Position numbers and translations under genes: made by a program. From assembly GCA_001915065.1 (NCBI GenBank), contig MNDT01000010.1, positions 1 through 62,792 on the forward strand: a DNA stretch of 62,792 bases, read 5' to 3'. The DNA comes from an archaeon 13_2_20CM_2_53_6. Lineage in GTDB: Archaea; Thermoproteota; Bathyarchaeia; 40CM-2-53-6. The number at the start of each line of letters is the position of its first letter. Position 1 is the stretch's first letter. Below are positions 37,469 through 47,893 of this stretch, in pieces. The notes beneath the pieces were generated by a model. That model saw only the letters and a list, made by a program, of their open reading frames with translations, searched no databases and was not told the origin of the DNA.

Positions 37469-37925
37469 CGCTCATCAGCGTCCTCAACTTTGGCCGAACC
37501 CACACGCTGAGCTGAGATTCTGTCCTCAAAGACGAGCTTGAAACCACCTTTGATTGCAAATGGGACCAAAGCCCATAGTCATCGATCAGGACCGCCTCAT
37601 ACCCAACCGGTTTGACAGGTACACCCAATCAGGCTTGTTTGAAGCTAGATGTGCAACATTTGCAGGCCTTGCTGAGACAGGGACTCTGTAAGCCGTGGTC
37701 ACACTTTCCACAAGTACAATAGCTCCGGCCTTCTGAAACCATCCCTTTTGCGCCGTCGTGAACAAGTATTCCTTGTGATGCGGCCATCTTACTCCGAGGC
37801 ATGCTAACGAGCTTGAAAACCGGCCGGGTTTAACTCAGTTTTGTAACCAAGACCTGAACAGGGCTCGAAAGCAAGATATAGCGTTAGGATTCGGCGGAAG
37901 TCTCAGGCTATGCGGGCTGAAGAGA

Positions 37926-38087
37926 ATGTCGAATGCTAAGTACATGCAAACCCTAGACTCTCACGTGTACTCTGAGCTGAAGCGTCTGGCAAAGGAGAGG
38001 GGTGTCAGCGTCCAGGAGCTAGTGAGAGCGGTCATCGTTCCCGACTGGATGAGGGCCAACCGGAAGCGAAGCGCCGAGAGGAGATAG
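37926..38087 (+). CDS. Ribbon-helix-helix (CopG-like) protein
   Basis: 53 aa (MSNAKYMQTLDSHVYSELKRLAKERGVSVQELVRAVIV...). Classic RHH beta-alpha-alpha pattern. Below the track's apparent size cut-off. Confidence 0.45.
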   Translation: MSNAKYMQTLDSHVYSELKRLAKERGVSVQELVRAVIVPDWMRANRKRSAERR

Positions 38088-38097
38088 TGACTCGCCT

Positions 38098-38361
38098 ATG
38101 GCAACCGGCCGGAACCACTTCGCCTACCTGTTAAGGATGATTCGGGAAGACCAGAAGAAGACGATAAGCGAATGGAACGCCCTGATCAGGACTGCTCTCA
38201 TAGAGATTGATGAAGAAATCCGAGACGTGAGCGTGTCAGAGCGCAACGCCGTATTCACGTTTGAAGAATACAGGAACCGACTACAGAACCTTGGAGCTAG
38301 TAAAGGTTTCGACATGAAGGACATCGACCCCAAGACTTCAAAATCGGCTCGGAAGGACTGA
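38098..38361 (+). CDS. Hypothetical protein
   Basis: 87-aa track ORF immediately after the RHH gene, same strand. Confidence 0.35.
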   Translation: MATGRNHFAYLLRMIREDQKKTISEWNALIRTALIEIDEEIRDVSVSERNAVFTFEEYRNRLQNLGASKGFDMKDIDPKTSKSARKD

Positions 38362-38480
38362 AGAGCCAACGTTCCAGTTTTACGTTAGAACTGATACCTC
38401 GACCCGGCGGTTTACTCGCATCTGAGAAGGAGCGACTTAGAAAAGCGCTATAGGAAGTATCAGTAATAGTTGATACTGAG

Positions 38481-38920
38481 ATGCCGAAACCGATAATCAA
38501 AGGCGTCGTCAGGGTTCTCCGCCCCACGAAATACGAGCTGCTCTGGAAGGGAGCCAGAAGTCAGGAGAACCAGACTAGGCTCGACGCGTTGCTACTCACA
38601 GGTCTCCGTTACGTTGAGGCGCAGCGTCTACAGCAGAATGAGGAGTGGCTCGACGGCGCTTCCGTCTTGGAGCGGCTGGAGTCATAACCTGGAGCGGTGA
38701 GCAGAGTATTCCAAGCTCGACCCTGTTGGACTCGGACCCAAGACAATGCGTAAGACTTGGGAGTCATGGTTAGTTTCGTCCTATCCAGAACGGTTCGCTG
38801 AGATCGTCGTCTCGCAAGGACACACGACCTTCGTCGCTGTAAATCACTACCTAGGACTGCCATTCGATCGACACGACAAAGAGGAGATGGTTGAGTGGGT
38901 GGGGGGCTGGGATAAGTGAC
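38481..38920 (+). pseudogene. Tyrosine recombinase/integrase remnant (frame break plus internal deletion)
   Basis: Frame 1 gives ...LLLTGLRYVEAQRL (box I Arg), then a stop at 38685..38687. A second frame gives ...PKTMRKTWESWL...SQGHTTFVAVNHYL (R, H, Y catalytic pattern) ending at 38920. The distance between the Arg boxes is only about 50 codons. Confidence 0.5.
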
Positions 38921-38965
38921 AGTCAGCAGATCGGATAGTCGCCCGAGGGAAGGCTGTGGTAAAGA

Positions 38966-39289
38966 ATGCGGCTGTTGAGAAACGGGGACCGCGTGACCGT
39001 TAGAGTCGCGAAGTGGGACGATCCGAAGATCAGTAGGCGAGTAGAGGCGGTCATCAACACCAACTCAATAGTCTCAAAGATCCCGGCAAAGACCTGGAAG
39101 GAACTTGACGTCAAACCAGCCTTCAAACACTGGCAGACTCAGAAGCCTGCTGACCTTGTACTCTTCGAGCTTAGAGGGCACAGGGCGAGCGACAGCGTGA
39201 TCGCTACGAAGGGCCGAGCTAGCCTCAGTCTGCTCGTTCTCACTAGTGTGGGCTACTGGGAAGACCCGGAAACAGGCTGGCTACACTAG
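38966..39289 (+). CDS. Retropepsin-like (clan AA) domain protein with a degenerate active site
   Basis: 107 aa. INTNS occupies the position of the VDTGA motif. The C-terminal ...LLVLTSVGYWEDPETGWL resembles the family tail. Confidence 0.3.
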   Translation: MRLLRNGDRVTVRVAKWDDPKISRRVEAVINTNSIVSKIPAKTWKELDVKPAFKHWQTQKPADLVLFELRGHRASDSVIATKGRASLSLLVLTSVGYWEDPETGWLH

Positions 39290-40187
39290 AGCCCGCCACG
39301 ACTCTGACCAGCGACTAGGTTCCAAGCTTGTCCTGGAGCGCTTTGAGGGTCTCGCGTAGCTTGACGAGGATTTCTATGATTTCCTTCGTAGAGGGTCACT
39401 GACTCTCGCTGGCTTGGAGCCCCTTGAAAATGATCTCGTAACCTGTCGCAAGATTCGAGGGGAAGGGGTGTTTCAATCTAGCACGCGTTCTATGAGAATG
39501 GAAATGCCCCGGCCGCTCATCGCCCGACATCTCGGACAGCTAGAGCCGGGTACGACCCCTCTTGTCTCTAAGGTTAGTTGTTCGGCGGCCGGTTACTGGC
39601 CCACGTTTGATCGTTACAGACTTACACCAACCATTCTCTCGTTTTGCTCTGCGATCCCCACATGGATATGTGGTTCGAATCTGAGCTAGTGATATTGCGG
39701 TTTGACAGCGACTTGACGACAATGTTAAATGTTTACGGGCAAAACGTCTGCTAAGGTCGTTCGAGACAGCGTGGCTCTCCCCACGCTCGGCCTTCCAAAC
39801 GTTTCCAGAAAACGGGTTCATTGGTACGGTTACCAATCAGTCTCGCATCACTTTCAGTCTTGACATCTTTTCAAATCTAAGGGTTAACAATGTCCGGGTG
39901 CTGTAAGGAACCGACCAAGAACCGATGAAGCAGACAAAAGAAGAGTCAGGGTCAGAATAAAAAAATGAAACCCACACGCAAGCTATTGGTCGCGACCATG
40001 ATTGTAGTAATCGGAACCATGATGCTCTCCTCTATGCCAGTAGTTTCGCCAGATGCACAAGACATCTTGTCTGCCCCATCTTCGGGGCCTCTAGCAGGAG
40101 CTCCCTTGCGGGTCGCCTGCAATCGCCGAGTATGCGAAAGTCAACCTTGATGCTGCAATCAAGGCTGCTCAAGAATCATCCCTTTTC

Positions 40188-41873
40188 ATGGAGGAATCAA
40201 CGAAATTTCAGAACCTGACATATTCCAGCGCGTTTCAAATAGACAAATGGAACAGTCCCTCAGCATGCGTCTCATCGAACACGACTTTCAATGTAGTGTT
40301 CTCAGCCACCAACTCCTCACGCTACCTGGGGAATATTGTGGTCTCGGAGGTTCCGCAAACCTTGTCTGTTATCGGTGTGAGCGAACAACTTAACCCTCCC
40401 CTTGCAACAGGGTCAGGTGGATTAGCAGTCGATGGTTCTGTTTCGGCTTGGTGTGGACACTCTACCAACTCTTGTGCTGCTAGCTTGACTACATCATCCG
40501 CGTATGACATAATAATAGTCTACACTATGGAAGCTCTGGATCTTCAATCGAGCTGCACCTTCTCTGTCTCCGACATAGCCGGACTCTCATGGACGGCCAG
40601 AACGGCAGTTGTGTTCGGTAACAACGGTCGTGACCAACTTCAAGAGTTCTATGCCAAGAGTTCCAGCGCCCTGTCCTCTGATACCATTACTGAATCGATC
40701 TCGGGCTGTGCGAGCACTCAGTATGGAGGCGAGTATAACGGCTTCATGGCCTTCGGCGTAAGCGGGACTAGCTTCAACAGTCCCTTTGACCCCAACATTT
40801 CGCTTCCTGGAACTGCTAGCGGCAATAGTAACACGCCTACTAAGAGCGTATCCACTACCAACGCAAACGACATGATAATCGGTGCTGCTCGGCTGGGTGG
40901 TCTGACTTCGGGGTCCGGGTTTACCCGCATAGTCTATGCCGATGGGACGAACGACCTTACCGAGTATAAGATTGTCAGTTCAGCCGTAACAAACCTGGCA
41001 GTTGCATTTAGCGGGAACACTGGCTACTGGGAAGAAATAGCAGACGCCTTACAAGCGCCTGTCCCGGGAATACTCTCCACCTCCTACAACTATGCGGGCT
41101 ACGAAGTGTACACGAATGGCAATCAAAACGGCGTGGTCCCCTTAGCGGCCACATACTTCTACCAGCCCGTGCCCACGTATCCACCTGGAGGGTGCGCCGA
41201 TTTCTATACCTGCAACTTCGCCACGTGGGTTGGCCTTCAAGACACTTGGAACCAATCCGACGGCAAACTCGCACAAGCCGGTACTTGGGCGGACTGGGTT
41301 AATGCTTCATGCGCAGCATCGTACTTCGCCTGGTACGGGGTTGTTGGTGGCAATCCTCAGTTTGTCAAATGTACAGGCTCGAACAACGTCATCGTAAATG
41401 GCGCGGACAAGATTTTTGCTTATGCTGAGAACGAGGCCGCCTATGGAGGACAAAGCAACTATTACGACTTCGAGGTCTATGACTATCAAAGCAATACATC
41501 CTGCATTTCAACTCAGAACAGTCTCAACATGAATACTCCCCACTTCGCCGACTACGTTCAAGAGAACAGTAAAGAATGCTTTATCGATTGCGCCTCGCTG
41601 GCATCTTTCGCAACCGCGCACTTCTTTTCCGCACAATTGTATTCTGGCTTGAATCCACCCGTGGATACCTTCATCTACCAGTATACTACGCAGGGCTTCT
41701 ACTACGCGTTCAACATGACAAACGCGCCCTGCACCGCGGGCTGCGGGGGGCAAAAAACTTGTGGTACCTACGTGACAAACGTATCTACGGGCGCCGTAGA
41801 TCCTTCAAGTTCATTTGACGAGACATGGCAGACAAGCTATTACACTCCGACGTACAACAGCCAAAACTGCTGA
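40188..41873 (+). CDS. Cys-rich secreted protein (unknown function); the signal peptide appears displaced to another frame (39965..40150)
   Basis: 561-aa track ORF. Its frame is open back to ~40102. The upstream ORF 39965..40150 encodes a signal/anchor sequence (MKPTRKLLVATMIVVIGTMMLSSMPVV). Confidence 0.55.
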   Translation: MEESTKFQNLTYSSAFQIDKWNSPSACVSSNTTFNVVFSATNSSRYLGNIVVSEVPQTLSVIGVSEQLNPPLATGSGGLAVDGSVSAWCGHSTNSCAASLTTSSAYDIIIVYTMEALDLQSSCTFSVSDIAGLSWTARTAVVFGNNGRDQLQEFYAKSSSALSSDTITESISGCASTQYGGEYNGFMAFGVSGTSFNSPFDPNISLPGTASGNSNTPTKSVSTTNANDMIIGAARLGGLTSGSGFTRIVYADGTNDLTEYKIVSSAVTNLAVAFSGNTGYWEEIADALQAPVPGILSTSYNYAGYEVYTNGNQNGVVPLAATYFYQPVPTYPPGGCADFYTCNFATWVGLQDTWNQSDGKLAQAGTWADWVNASCAASYFAWYGVVGGNPQFVKCTGSNNVIVNGADKIFAYAENEAAYGGQSNYYDFEVYDYQSNTSCISTQNSLNMNTPHFADYVQENSKECFIDCASLASFATAHFFSAQLYSGLNPPVDTFIYQYTTQGFYYAFNMTNAPCTAGCGGQKTCGTYVTNVSTGAVDPSSSFDETWQTSYYTPTYNSQNC

Positions 41874-41948
41874 GATAAAGTCGCCAGAACCAGCCACGCT
41901 ATTCGTCGTTACATTAGGTTCTTTGGTTTTCACTCACTATTCGAGTCC

Positions 41949-42332
41949 ATGCATCCGGAAAAAATGGCGTCATTGATTCTCATCGCTATGGCCGTTCTCT
42001 TCATCGTAGTTGCAGTTATCTTCCAGTCCCAAGACATCGGGTCTTGCCCACCGTTCGGCACTGGACAATACGCAACCTGGACCATCTACTATCCTGGGAC
42101 AAATATCCCGATAGAACCGACAGTCCGCATTCTCGTAACTCTTAGCGTCATTGCCTTTGGAACGGGAGCCTCGACATATCTGATCTCTCGCCACTACAAG
42201 CGAAAACCCTCTCCGGCAAGCCCTCAACACAGTCGGATAGAGACTGAAACTCAAGTTGTTACGACTACAGAGAGGAGCCTGCGCGGAGTGTGGCGAATCC
42301 CTTCCACTACTAGCTCACGGAGCCGTACTTGA
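41949..42332 (+). CDS. Membrane protein (hypothetical)
   Basis: 127-aa track ORF with two TM helices. Confidence 0.35.
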   Translation: MHPEKMASLILIAMAVLFIVVAVIFQSQDIGSCPPFGTGQYATWTIYYPGTNIPIEPTVRILVTLSVIAFGTGASTYLISRHYKRKPSPASPQHSRIETETQVVTTTERSLRGVWRIPSTTSSRSRT

Positions 42333-42631
42333 CAGAAAAGACGCGATGGCCGGCTACACCCTCGAAAACGTGAAGCTCATCTGTCGTAAATGTGACGACA
42401 AGATCCAAGAATCGCGAACATTCACTGGATAAGTTCTGACCGATCTGAAGTCCGATCCCGATCGTTGCGGATGCCACTGTGGATGCAATAACAAGAGTGC
42501 TGAGGTCAACGTCTCTCTGCAAGAGCTCTAGGACCTTAGCTGGAAGGGTAACCTGAAGCTCCAACATAACTTTTGAAGCCTCAATCTTGACGCTTCGCCT
42601 AGCTTTGTGAAGTGTAAGGGTAGTCTGTGAG

Positions 42632-43252
42632 TTATAGATTGGCCCCGCAAGTTAGACATCTGGGTGTTCCCTGCTGATAGCGAGCACTACAGCTTCGGCA
42701 TTGGATTAGAACAACCTCTTTGATCTCTTTGATGACTTCCCTAGTTGAAACCGCTGGAGAAGAAGTCGCTGTGGCTTTTCTACCCCAGAGTTTCATCTGT
42801 TCCTTGATGGCGGCAATCATTTGTCCGTGCTGTCCATCGTCGGTGATTGGGAACCGCATTCCGTTGGTTAGAGTGATGTACCATCCTTTCCAGATTAGAT
42901 GTTCTCTATCAAACAGGCCCCTAGGCCCACGATCTACTTCCTCATAGGTTATAGATTTGATAGCTGAATAGGAAATCTGGTCATGTTCGACACGAGCAGG
43001 AACTTTGGAAGATTTCGGACTCCAGGTTTGTTTCTCCCAGAGTATGCCTTCATCAGTAAATGTTAGGAAGTATCTGAACCAGCCTTCCGTCATGACGGCG
43101 TGGCCAAAGCCTACCGCCTGAGCTGGACTAAGCCGCGATTCGGTTCCCATCCGTTCTAGGGTATGTCCTGTTACTTCTTTGTGGCTATAGGCAATTTTGA
43201 CTGAGTTCGCAATAAATTCACATGACGGAGCGGTACACCGGTACTTGTCCAT
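42632..43252 (-). CDS. C2H2-like Zn-finger + PH-like + C-terminal zinc-ribbon protein (paralog of 35729..36250)
   Basis: 206 aa. YRCTAPSCEF...SHKEVTGH; ...DEGILWEK...ISYSAIKSITYEE...; tail REVIKEIKEVVLIQCRSCS...CLTCGANL. Confidence 0.5.
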   Translation of the reverse strand: MDKYRCTAPSCEFIANSVKIAYSHKEVTGHTLERMGTESRLSPAQAVGFGHAVMTEGWFRYFLTFTDEGILWEKQTWSPKSSKVPARVEHDQISYSAIKSITYEEVDRGPRGLFDREHLIWKGWYITLTNGMRFPITDDGQHGQMIAAIKEQMKLWGRKATATSSPAVSTREVIKEIKEVVLIQCRSCSARYQQGTPRCLTCGANL

Positions 43253-43431
43253 AACCGTCTTAGCGAGCTAACGAATCGCGGAAAATAAGATGCTGTTACC
43301 GCCTTTGGTTCGGAACGGCTAACCCGTGAGGTCTTTGGCTACTGCTAACTCGAAAGGCTTTTCACATTTTCCAAAGACGAGTTCCAAGGCTGAGCAGTCT
43401 CGCCATGACCGTTTCCGGCCTTCTTTCTCCT

Positions 43432-43776
43432 TCATGAAATGCCGAGCCTATTCTGTGTCTTTGCGAGCCGACCCCTAGCCAGCTCTATCATAGTCTGAAT
43501 CGTCTCAAGGTCGTCTCTCTCGATTTTCAGCCTATTTTTCAGTTGCTTTCTATATTCTCTGTTGACGATTCGAATGACTGCGAGATCACTTGCCGGTAGC
43601 TTGTTACGGTGCCCCTGTCTCAACGCTAGGGACTCACGCCTCTCCATCGCCTCTATACTCTCGATCGTGCCCCTGGCAAGCCTGTGTCGATACTCTAGTT
43701 CGCCGAGGGTCATAGCCTCACCGACGAGTTTCTCAAGAAGGCCCGAACTTCTGTCGCTCAGCTTCATGTCATTCAT
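43432..43776 (-). CDS. Hypothetical coiled-coil protein
   Basis: 114-aa track ORF. Charged heptad-like sequence. Confidence 0.35.
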   Translation of the reverse strand: MNDMKLSDRSSGLLEKLVGEAMTLGELEYRHRLARGTIESIEAMERRESLALRQGHRNKLPASDLAVIRIVNREYRKQLKNRLKIERDDLETIQTMIELARGRLAKTQNRLGIS

Positions 43777-45151
43777 GAAGGCAACCTTCTAGGTAGGGTT
43801 AAAAATGCACGGGGTCTTCGATCAAGATAATTCCGGCGCTATTGTCATCTGATCCTTGACAAGTTGATGGAAAGGGCTCAAAACATCAGCCTAACTCTTC
43901 GAAACCGAACTAAGCTCGCTGTTAAATTATCAGGACACTGATACCGGTAAACTGCCGGACGTTCTAACCCGATTCCTCGGAGTCGTCACGGTTGTGTGGA
44001 CTCTTTTTCTGGGGCAGATGGTAGAAATTCAGATAGGCTAATTCAATTACCTAGAAGGAGAGCTGGACAAGAAAAACAATCGCCCAAGAAAAGCCATTCC
44101 CAAAACTAAGACCCAACCAGACTAGGATGGCTACCCCTATCCAGAACGCCAGATTAATCGTAACGATGATTTGTAAGACACGCCAACTCCCAGTTGGGGG
44201 CTTCAAGTCTTCGTTGCCAATTGAAAATTGGAAGACGTGGAAAAAGGGTTGCTGAAGAACACTGGAGATTCAGAAGATGAGAGAGGATGAGACCGCCAGC
44301 ATAATCTATCGCTCTTCAACTATGGCCACTACTCGATTCCACGGCTGATAGAAAACCTGTGGAGCCTCGCTCCAATCTCAAGCGGGCCCGATTACTGTTG
44401 CGGGGACATTGGCGCCGTAGCTATGACAGATATCCTCGGCTAAGATTTCAGACTGCTACATTCCATCTGAGATCCCAAGTCTCTCGCAGAGACTTTCAGC
44501 CGAGGCCGCAACTCTAGTGTCCAAAACTGTCTATGAACCAGGGTAATACCTCGGAGACATTGAAGGCGGTGCGACCGTATAGATACGAGGTTCGTGGGTG
44601 GATCCTGAGAATTCCATTCTTGGTTTGTAGTTCGCAGGTGCTTGTTGGCTCTGCCTCTGATATTGTCCAGGGTTCTCATCTATCTTAGTAGCCTGCTCGA
44701 CACAGCATCATTGCGAGTTAGCTGGTCTTTGTCTTCGGAGTTGCCATCCCGCTGCTTTCTTTCGTAAGACGCCAAGGGGCGTCGGGGGTCTCCTAGGAGC
44801 GTGTCCCCAATTCTCTTACCTGTACGAGTTATTGCATCGTGGCGGAACTCAGGACAAAAGCGCACGGAATGCGCAGAATCTGCGAAAAATTCGCCAAAAT
44901 GGCCTGCGAGCGTGAACGTTCACGTGAACGCCGGAATGAATAGAAAAATCTTCGGCCGCCGATACCCACAAGGCTTAGACTAGAATCCTAGCTGGAACTA
45001 AGACACGAAAACTCAAATCTAGTTGAGGATCAGATCCTGACGACTCGTTTGCGAGGCAATCAGTATAGAAGTCGAAAGGTCAACTGAACATGATCGGTCC
45101 CTCCTCACGACTTAGCTCGATGCTAAATACTCAAGTTTTCAAGGCGATTCG

Positions 45152-45826
45152 GTGGATCGCTTGTCAGCTGGAAACGGCTCGATAAGTCAAAGAAACTTCC
45201 CGGTTCCATCCCGTAAAAAGCGGAGTTCCTCTAGAAAGCTGCCTCTTGAAGAGATCGACATAATTCAGACTAACAAGCGGTTTGGTTACTCCGATCGCGA
45301 AATAGCCAAGATGCTGAATCGGTCTCTCGGAGTCGTAGGAAAGTACACAAGGGGGATGAAACCTGACCCGTTTACCGTGGCTCTGCAGCCTATTCTGCCA
45401 ACACAACATGTCGACAAGATAGCCGCCTCCGTTCCAGAGGGAGCCCAATCCCGTGACTCGGGATCTGGGCAGCAACCGTCCTCGTCCTCGGAAGGCGAGA
45501 TTACAGTGGCACTCCTGAACAAGCTTAGGAAGCTGGAGGCCGATTACAAGTTCTCCCAGTCGCCTGACGGGCGAATGATATTGGGAAACCTGAAGAAGAT
45601 CAAAGAGATAAACGCCATACTTGATAGGCCCGGCCCGGAACTAGATATTCCTGAGAACCAATCGAATAGGGATTGGAGAAGAGGTTTCCAGAAAGAAGTC
45701 GAAACTGCGCTCCAGCATTTCCGTCAGGGGACACACCATTCAATAGACAGTTTAACAGTGTGCAGCTTGCAAGCACGCTCTTACTCCTCCCCCGCCACTG
45801 GGTTGACCTCTGCTCGGATTAGTTAG
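45152..45826 (+). CDS. Hypothetical protein with an HTH segment
   Basis: 224-aa track ORF. The segment FGYSDREIAKMLNRSLGVVGKYTRG looks like a helix-turn-helix. Confidence 0.4.
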   Translation: MDRLSAGNGSISQRNFPVPSRKKRSSSRKLPLEEIDIIQTNKRFGYSDREIAKMLNRSLGVVGKYTRGMKPDPFTVALQPILPTQHVDKIAASVPEGAQSRDSGSGQQPSSSSEGEITVALLNKLRKLEADYKFSQSPDGRMILGNLKKIKEINAILDRPGPELDIPENQSNRDWRRGFQKEVETALQHFRQGTHHSIDSLTVCSLQARSYSSPATGLTSARIS

Positions 45827-46069
45827 CAGCTTGTTCTCCATTGAACTCCAGTTCAGACCTCCGTCTGGACTCTGAACTCGTTGATCTCCTGCCTTCACGC
45901 GAGGGGCCCAGGGGGGCGAGTACATGCACTCTTACGAATGCGGACCGGTGGGATTTGGCCCGTACGGGTTAGTTTACCGCTTCCCTTTTTTCACGCAGCT
46001 TATCAGATTTGGGCCAGAGAATGAGAGAGGTGTCGGAGGCGTGGCGAGCCAGACTGGACTTATCGCTCT

Positions 46070-47398
46070 TTACAGGACCCTAAAGAGATGCCATTTTCCA
46101 TCGACCCCTTTGAGTGTGTGCGTCCCGGCATCTTCGAATCCTAGACCTGCGCCCGCGACGAGATCCTTCACCGTGTTGGAGACTAGGACCTCGTTCGCCT
46201 TGGCCCTCGAAGCCACCCTCGAAGCGGTATGAACCGCTATGCCTCCGACATCATCGTCCAGCAATTCGCATTCACCCGTATGGATGCCTGCTCGGATTTC
46301 AATACCAATCTCGCGGACGGAATCGCGAATCGAACGCGCGCATTGAATTGCACGGGTGGGTCCGTCAAACGTTGCCAAGAATCCGTCTCCGGTCGTCTTG
46401 ACCTCCTTACCTTGGAACTCATGAAGCTCCTTGCGGACCAAGTCATTGTGTCTCTCCAACAGTTCTCGCCACCGAACGTCGCCCATTTTCGATAGACGCC
46501 CGGTAGAATCCACAATATCAACGAAGAGAATCGTGGCCAATACGCGATCATGAGGAGCCTGCGTCTTGACACCTGTCAAAAACTCCTCCACTTCCGCCGC
46601 GACCTTTTCTGCGATCCCGATCATCGAGTGAGTATCGCCTGGGAATTCAACGAATCGTGCACCGGGAATCTTTGTTGCCAGATCTCGGGCCGCAGCGAGA
46701 TTAGCGACTGGGTCTCGGGTTCTGTTCATTACCAGGGTTGGCACTCTTATCGTTGGTAGGATTCCGCGAATGTCGATTTGGGACCCCATCTCTTCGAGGG
46801 CGACGAGTGATGAAGGACTAGCCCCCGCGTGGAAATATCGAAAGAGCCATTCAAGTGTCGCGGTATCAGTGTCCTTTGGGATGCCCGCGCCCCATCCAGT
46901 TAGGTAGTCGATGGTAACACCGTTCTCAGCGAGTTCGTTGATTTGCTTGTCGCTTTCTTCTTTGGTTATTCCCCAAGGATAATCGTCTGTTCTAATCCAG
47001 CGAGCTTGTACGCCCCACAGGATAAGGGCTCTCGTTCGTTGCGGGTAGGTAGCGGCAAATAGACAAGCCATCGACCCCCCCTCTGAGAATCCGAGTATTG
47101 CAGCCTGCTTGCTACGCGCATCGTCCATGACGGCTCTTATGTCGTCGATTCTCTCCTCCAACGTGGATGCTCCAGCAGGACGGTCTGACAATCCTGTTCC
47201 CCGCTTATCAAACCGGATTAGCCGGCAGAACGAGCTGAAACGTTCAATGTTCAGGGCAGTCTCGGGCCTTTCCCAGGCCAAGTCAAGGTGCGAAACAGTA
47301 CCCGGGGCCCAAACCAAGTCAATGGGTCCCTCGCCCGTAACTTGGTATGCGATGCGAACATTTCCACTCTTTGCATACTTTGTTTCGGGCCTCTTCAA
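46070..47398 (-). CDS. Alpha/beta-hydrolase fused to a class III adenylate/guanylate cyclase catalytic domain
   Basis: 442 aa. Hydrolase elbow GFSEGGSMA. Cyclase motifs ILFVDIVDST, KTTGDGFLATF, RAGIHTGECE, GIAVHTASRVAS. Confidence 0.8.
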   Translation of the reverse strand: MKRPETKYAKSGNVRIAYQVTGEGPIDLVWAPGTVSHLDLAWERPETALNIERFSSFCRLIRFDKRGTGLSDRPAGASTLEERIDDIRAVMDDARSKQAAILGFSEGGSMACLFAATYPQRTRALILWGVQARWIRTDDYPWGITKEESDKQINELAENGVTIDYLTGWGAGIPKDTDTATLEWLFRYFHAGASPSSLVALEEMGSQIDIRGILPTIRVPTLVMNRTRDPVANLAAARDLATKIPGARFVEFPGDTHSMIGIAEKVAAEVEEFLTGVKTQAPHDRVLATILFVDIVDSTGRLSKMGDVRWRELLERHNDLVRKELHEFQGKEVKTTGDGFLATFDGPTRAIQCARSIRDSVREIGIEIRAGIHTGECELLDDDVGGIAVHTASRVASRAKANEVLVSNTVKDLVAGAGLGFEDAGTHTLKGVDGKWHLFRVL

Positions 47399-47432
47399 TT
47401 ACGCCCCTTAAATCGACATTTTGAGCTATTAA

Positions 47433-47690
47433 ATTGGAGACGTAGTGGTTGACACCGGGAGCCTCGCGACGGCACTTCCCTCGGAAGTGGTTCGTAAGCT
47501 CGGCATCAAGCCTCAAACCCGGCGAAGGCTCACCCTCGCCGATGGCAGCTCAACAGTCAAGGATGTCGGGACTGCCCTGATCCAGATTGATGGTTGCGAA
47601 ACAAGAGATGACCTGGTGTGTATTGACAAGGGTCCACTCCGCCGAGTGTGCTGGCGCGAAAAGGGTCCCGTGACTGCCTTCGCCGGTTGA
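47433..47690 (+). pseudogene. Retropepsin-like aspartic protease fragment (VVDTGS motif), truncated at both ends
   Basis: Only 5 in-frame codons are open upstream of the track's GTG start (stop at 47430..47432). Motif VVDTGSLATALPSEVVRKLGIKP...LADGS. The C-terminal region deviates after ...IDKGPL. Confidence 0.4.
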
Positions 47691-47893
47691 CGCCTGTCTT
47701 ATATCGGTGTCTTCTAAGTTCACTCCTGGAATACCGGCAGTATTAAATTCTGACGGAGAGCGACCACAAGACTGCCATATCATATCGGTTGCTAGCCCCT
47801 TTCTTTCGGGGCCCTATACGATTCTTCTGGCGGAGCGCCGAGGAGGGGCGTGATGAGAAAAGAACCCCAAGAAATGGAGGTGGTATAAGAAAA

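Noticed and set aside
37629-37802. 57-aa Cys-rich minus-strand ORF (MPRSKMAASQGILVHDG...CTCGKCDHGLQSPCLSKACKCC).
   Set aside because: It is open and Cys-rich, so it could be a real small protein. It has no homolog or motif that I recognise and no coupling to neighbours. Support is insufficient to call it a feature.
39672-39681. GGTTCGAATC T-loop-like sequence preceded by a CCACAT/ATGTGG hairpin, considered as a tRNA.
   Set aside because: No acceptor stem, D-arm or anticodon arm can be drawn around it. The 5-bp T-stem pairing is absent.
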